Positions 63,796 through 64,000 of a DNA stretch of 64,000 nucleotides are shown here, one piece after another. A model generated the notes under the pieces. The model was given only the letters and a program-made list of their open reading frames with translations. It ran no database searches and had not been told where the DNA came from. The translations under genes and the position numbers were made by a program. Numbering within the stretch: position 1 is the stretch's first letter; each line of letters starts with the position of its first letter. The stretch lies in the NCBI GenBank assembly GCA_000432775.1, contig HF990416.1, positions 44,683-108,682 on the forward strand, read 5' to 3'. The stretch comes from Alistipes sp. CAG:831 (lineage in GTDB: Bacteria; Bacteroidota; Bacteroidia; Bacteroidales; UBA932).

Positions 63796-64000
63796 AGCAA
63801 CACCCGGAATGCATGTAATCCCCAAACCTTGCACTCCGGGTGTCAGAAGCTTTTCATCGTAATTTTTTTAACTGAAACAAATTTAGAGAACAGATGTGTT
63901 TCCACCAAAAAAATAATCTTAGTTTGGTGGATTGGATAAATCGTTGATAATAAGTGAAGTATGCTGATTTGCTAAGATTTTTCCATGTCGGAAAATATGG

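Overview
This is a 64 kb, ~58-60% GC window that looks like a Bacteroidales chromosome, judged from Bacteroidetes-type promoters (TTTG at -33, TAnnTTTG at -7), typical gene content and an rpsP with a low-complexity C-terminal extension. It is mostly housekeeping DNA. The - strand has the first codons of dnaG at the window edge. From there the + strand carries a three-gene signalling cluster (a membrane pseudo-histidine kinase, a soluble histidine kinase and a REC-PP2C phosphatase), tRNA-Leu(CAG), an MFS transporter, a GH2 beta-galactosidase and metG. A repeat-rich non-coding stretch follows, around tRNA-Asn(GTT) and a membrane HU-like protein, with three ~170-180 bp elements bounded by terminal inverted repeats and a short palindromic repeat. 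Next is a 10 kb co-directional - strand array (S41 peptidase, dCMP deaminase, acyl-CoA ligase, MsbA-like ABC exporter, a small DUF4834-like protein, a 747-aa membrane protein, FKBP, NhaA) and then an arginase-family ureohydrolase. After that come recQ, a TPR protein, a nucleotidyltransferase, DUF1015-serA-serC, pyrBI-yigZ, a LuxC-like acyl-CoA reductase, miaA, a CPA1 antiporter paired with a DUF362 Fe-S protein, and menA. These are followed by a secreted caspase (C14)/CARDB protein paired with an outer-membrane beta-barrel, a complete RND efflux operon (MFP, RND pump, outer-membrane factor), a PF01637-type ATPase, an SDR, a VOC protein and a low-GC single-gene RhuM insertion. The window ends with rpsP-rimM, an N-terminally truncated GH3 glycosidase remnant, a beta-propeller lipoprotein, RNase R, an EamA transporter, rdgB, recO and a GH3 (auxin-type) adenylating-family protein. 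I found no CRISPR array, integrase or prophage. The most interesting signals are the degenerate-kinase/kinase/REC-PP2C trio, the caspase plus outer-membrane-protein pair, the clustered MITE-like palindromic elements near tRNA-Asn, and the compositionally foreign RhuM gene.
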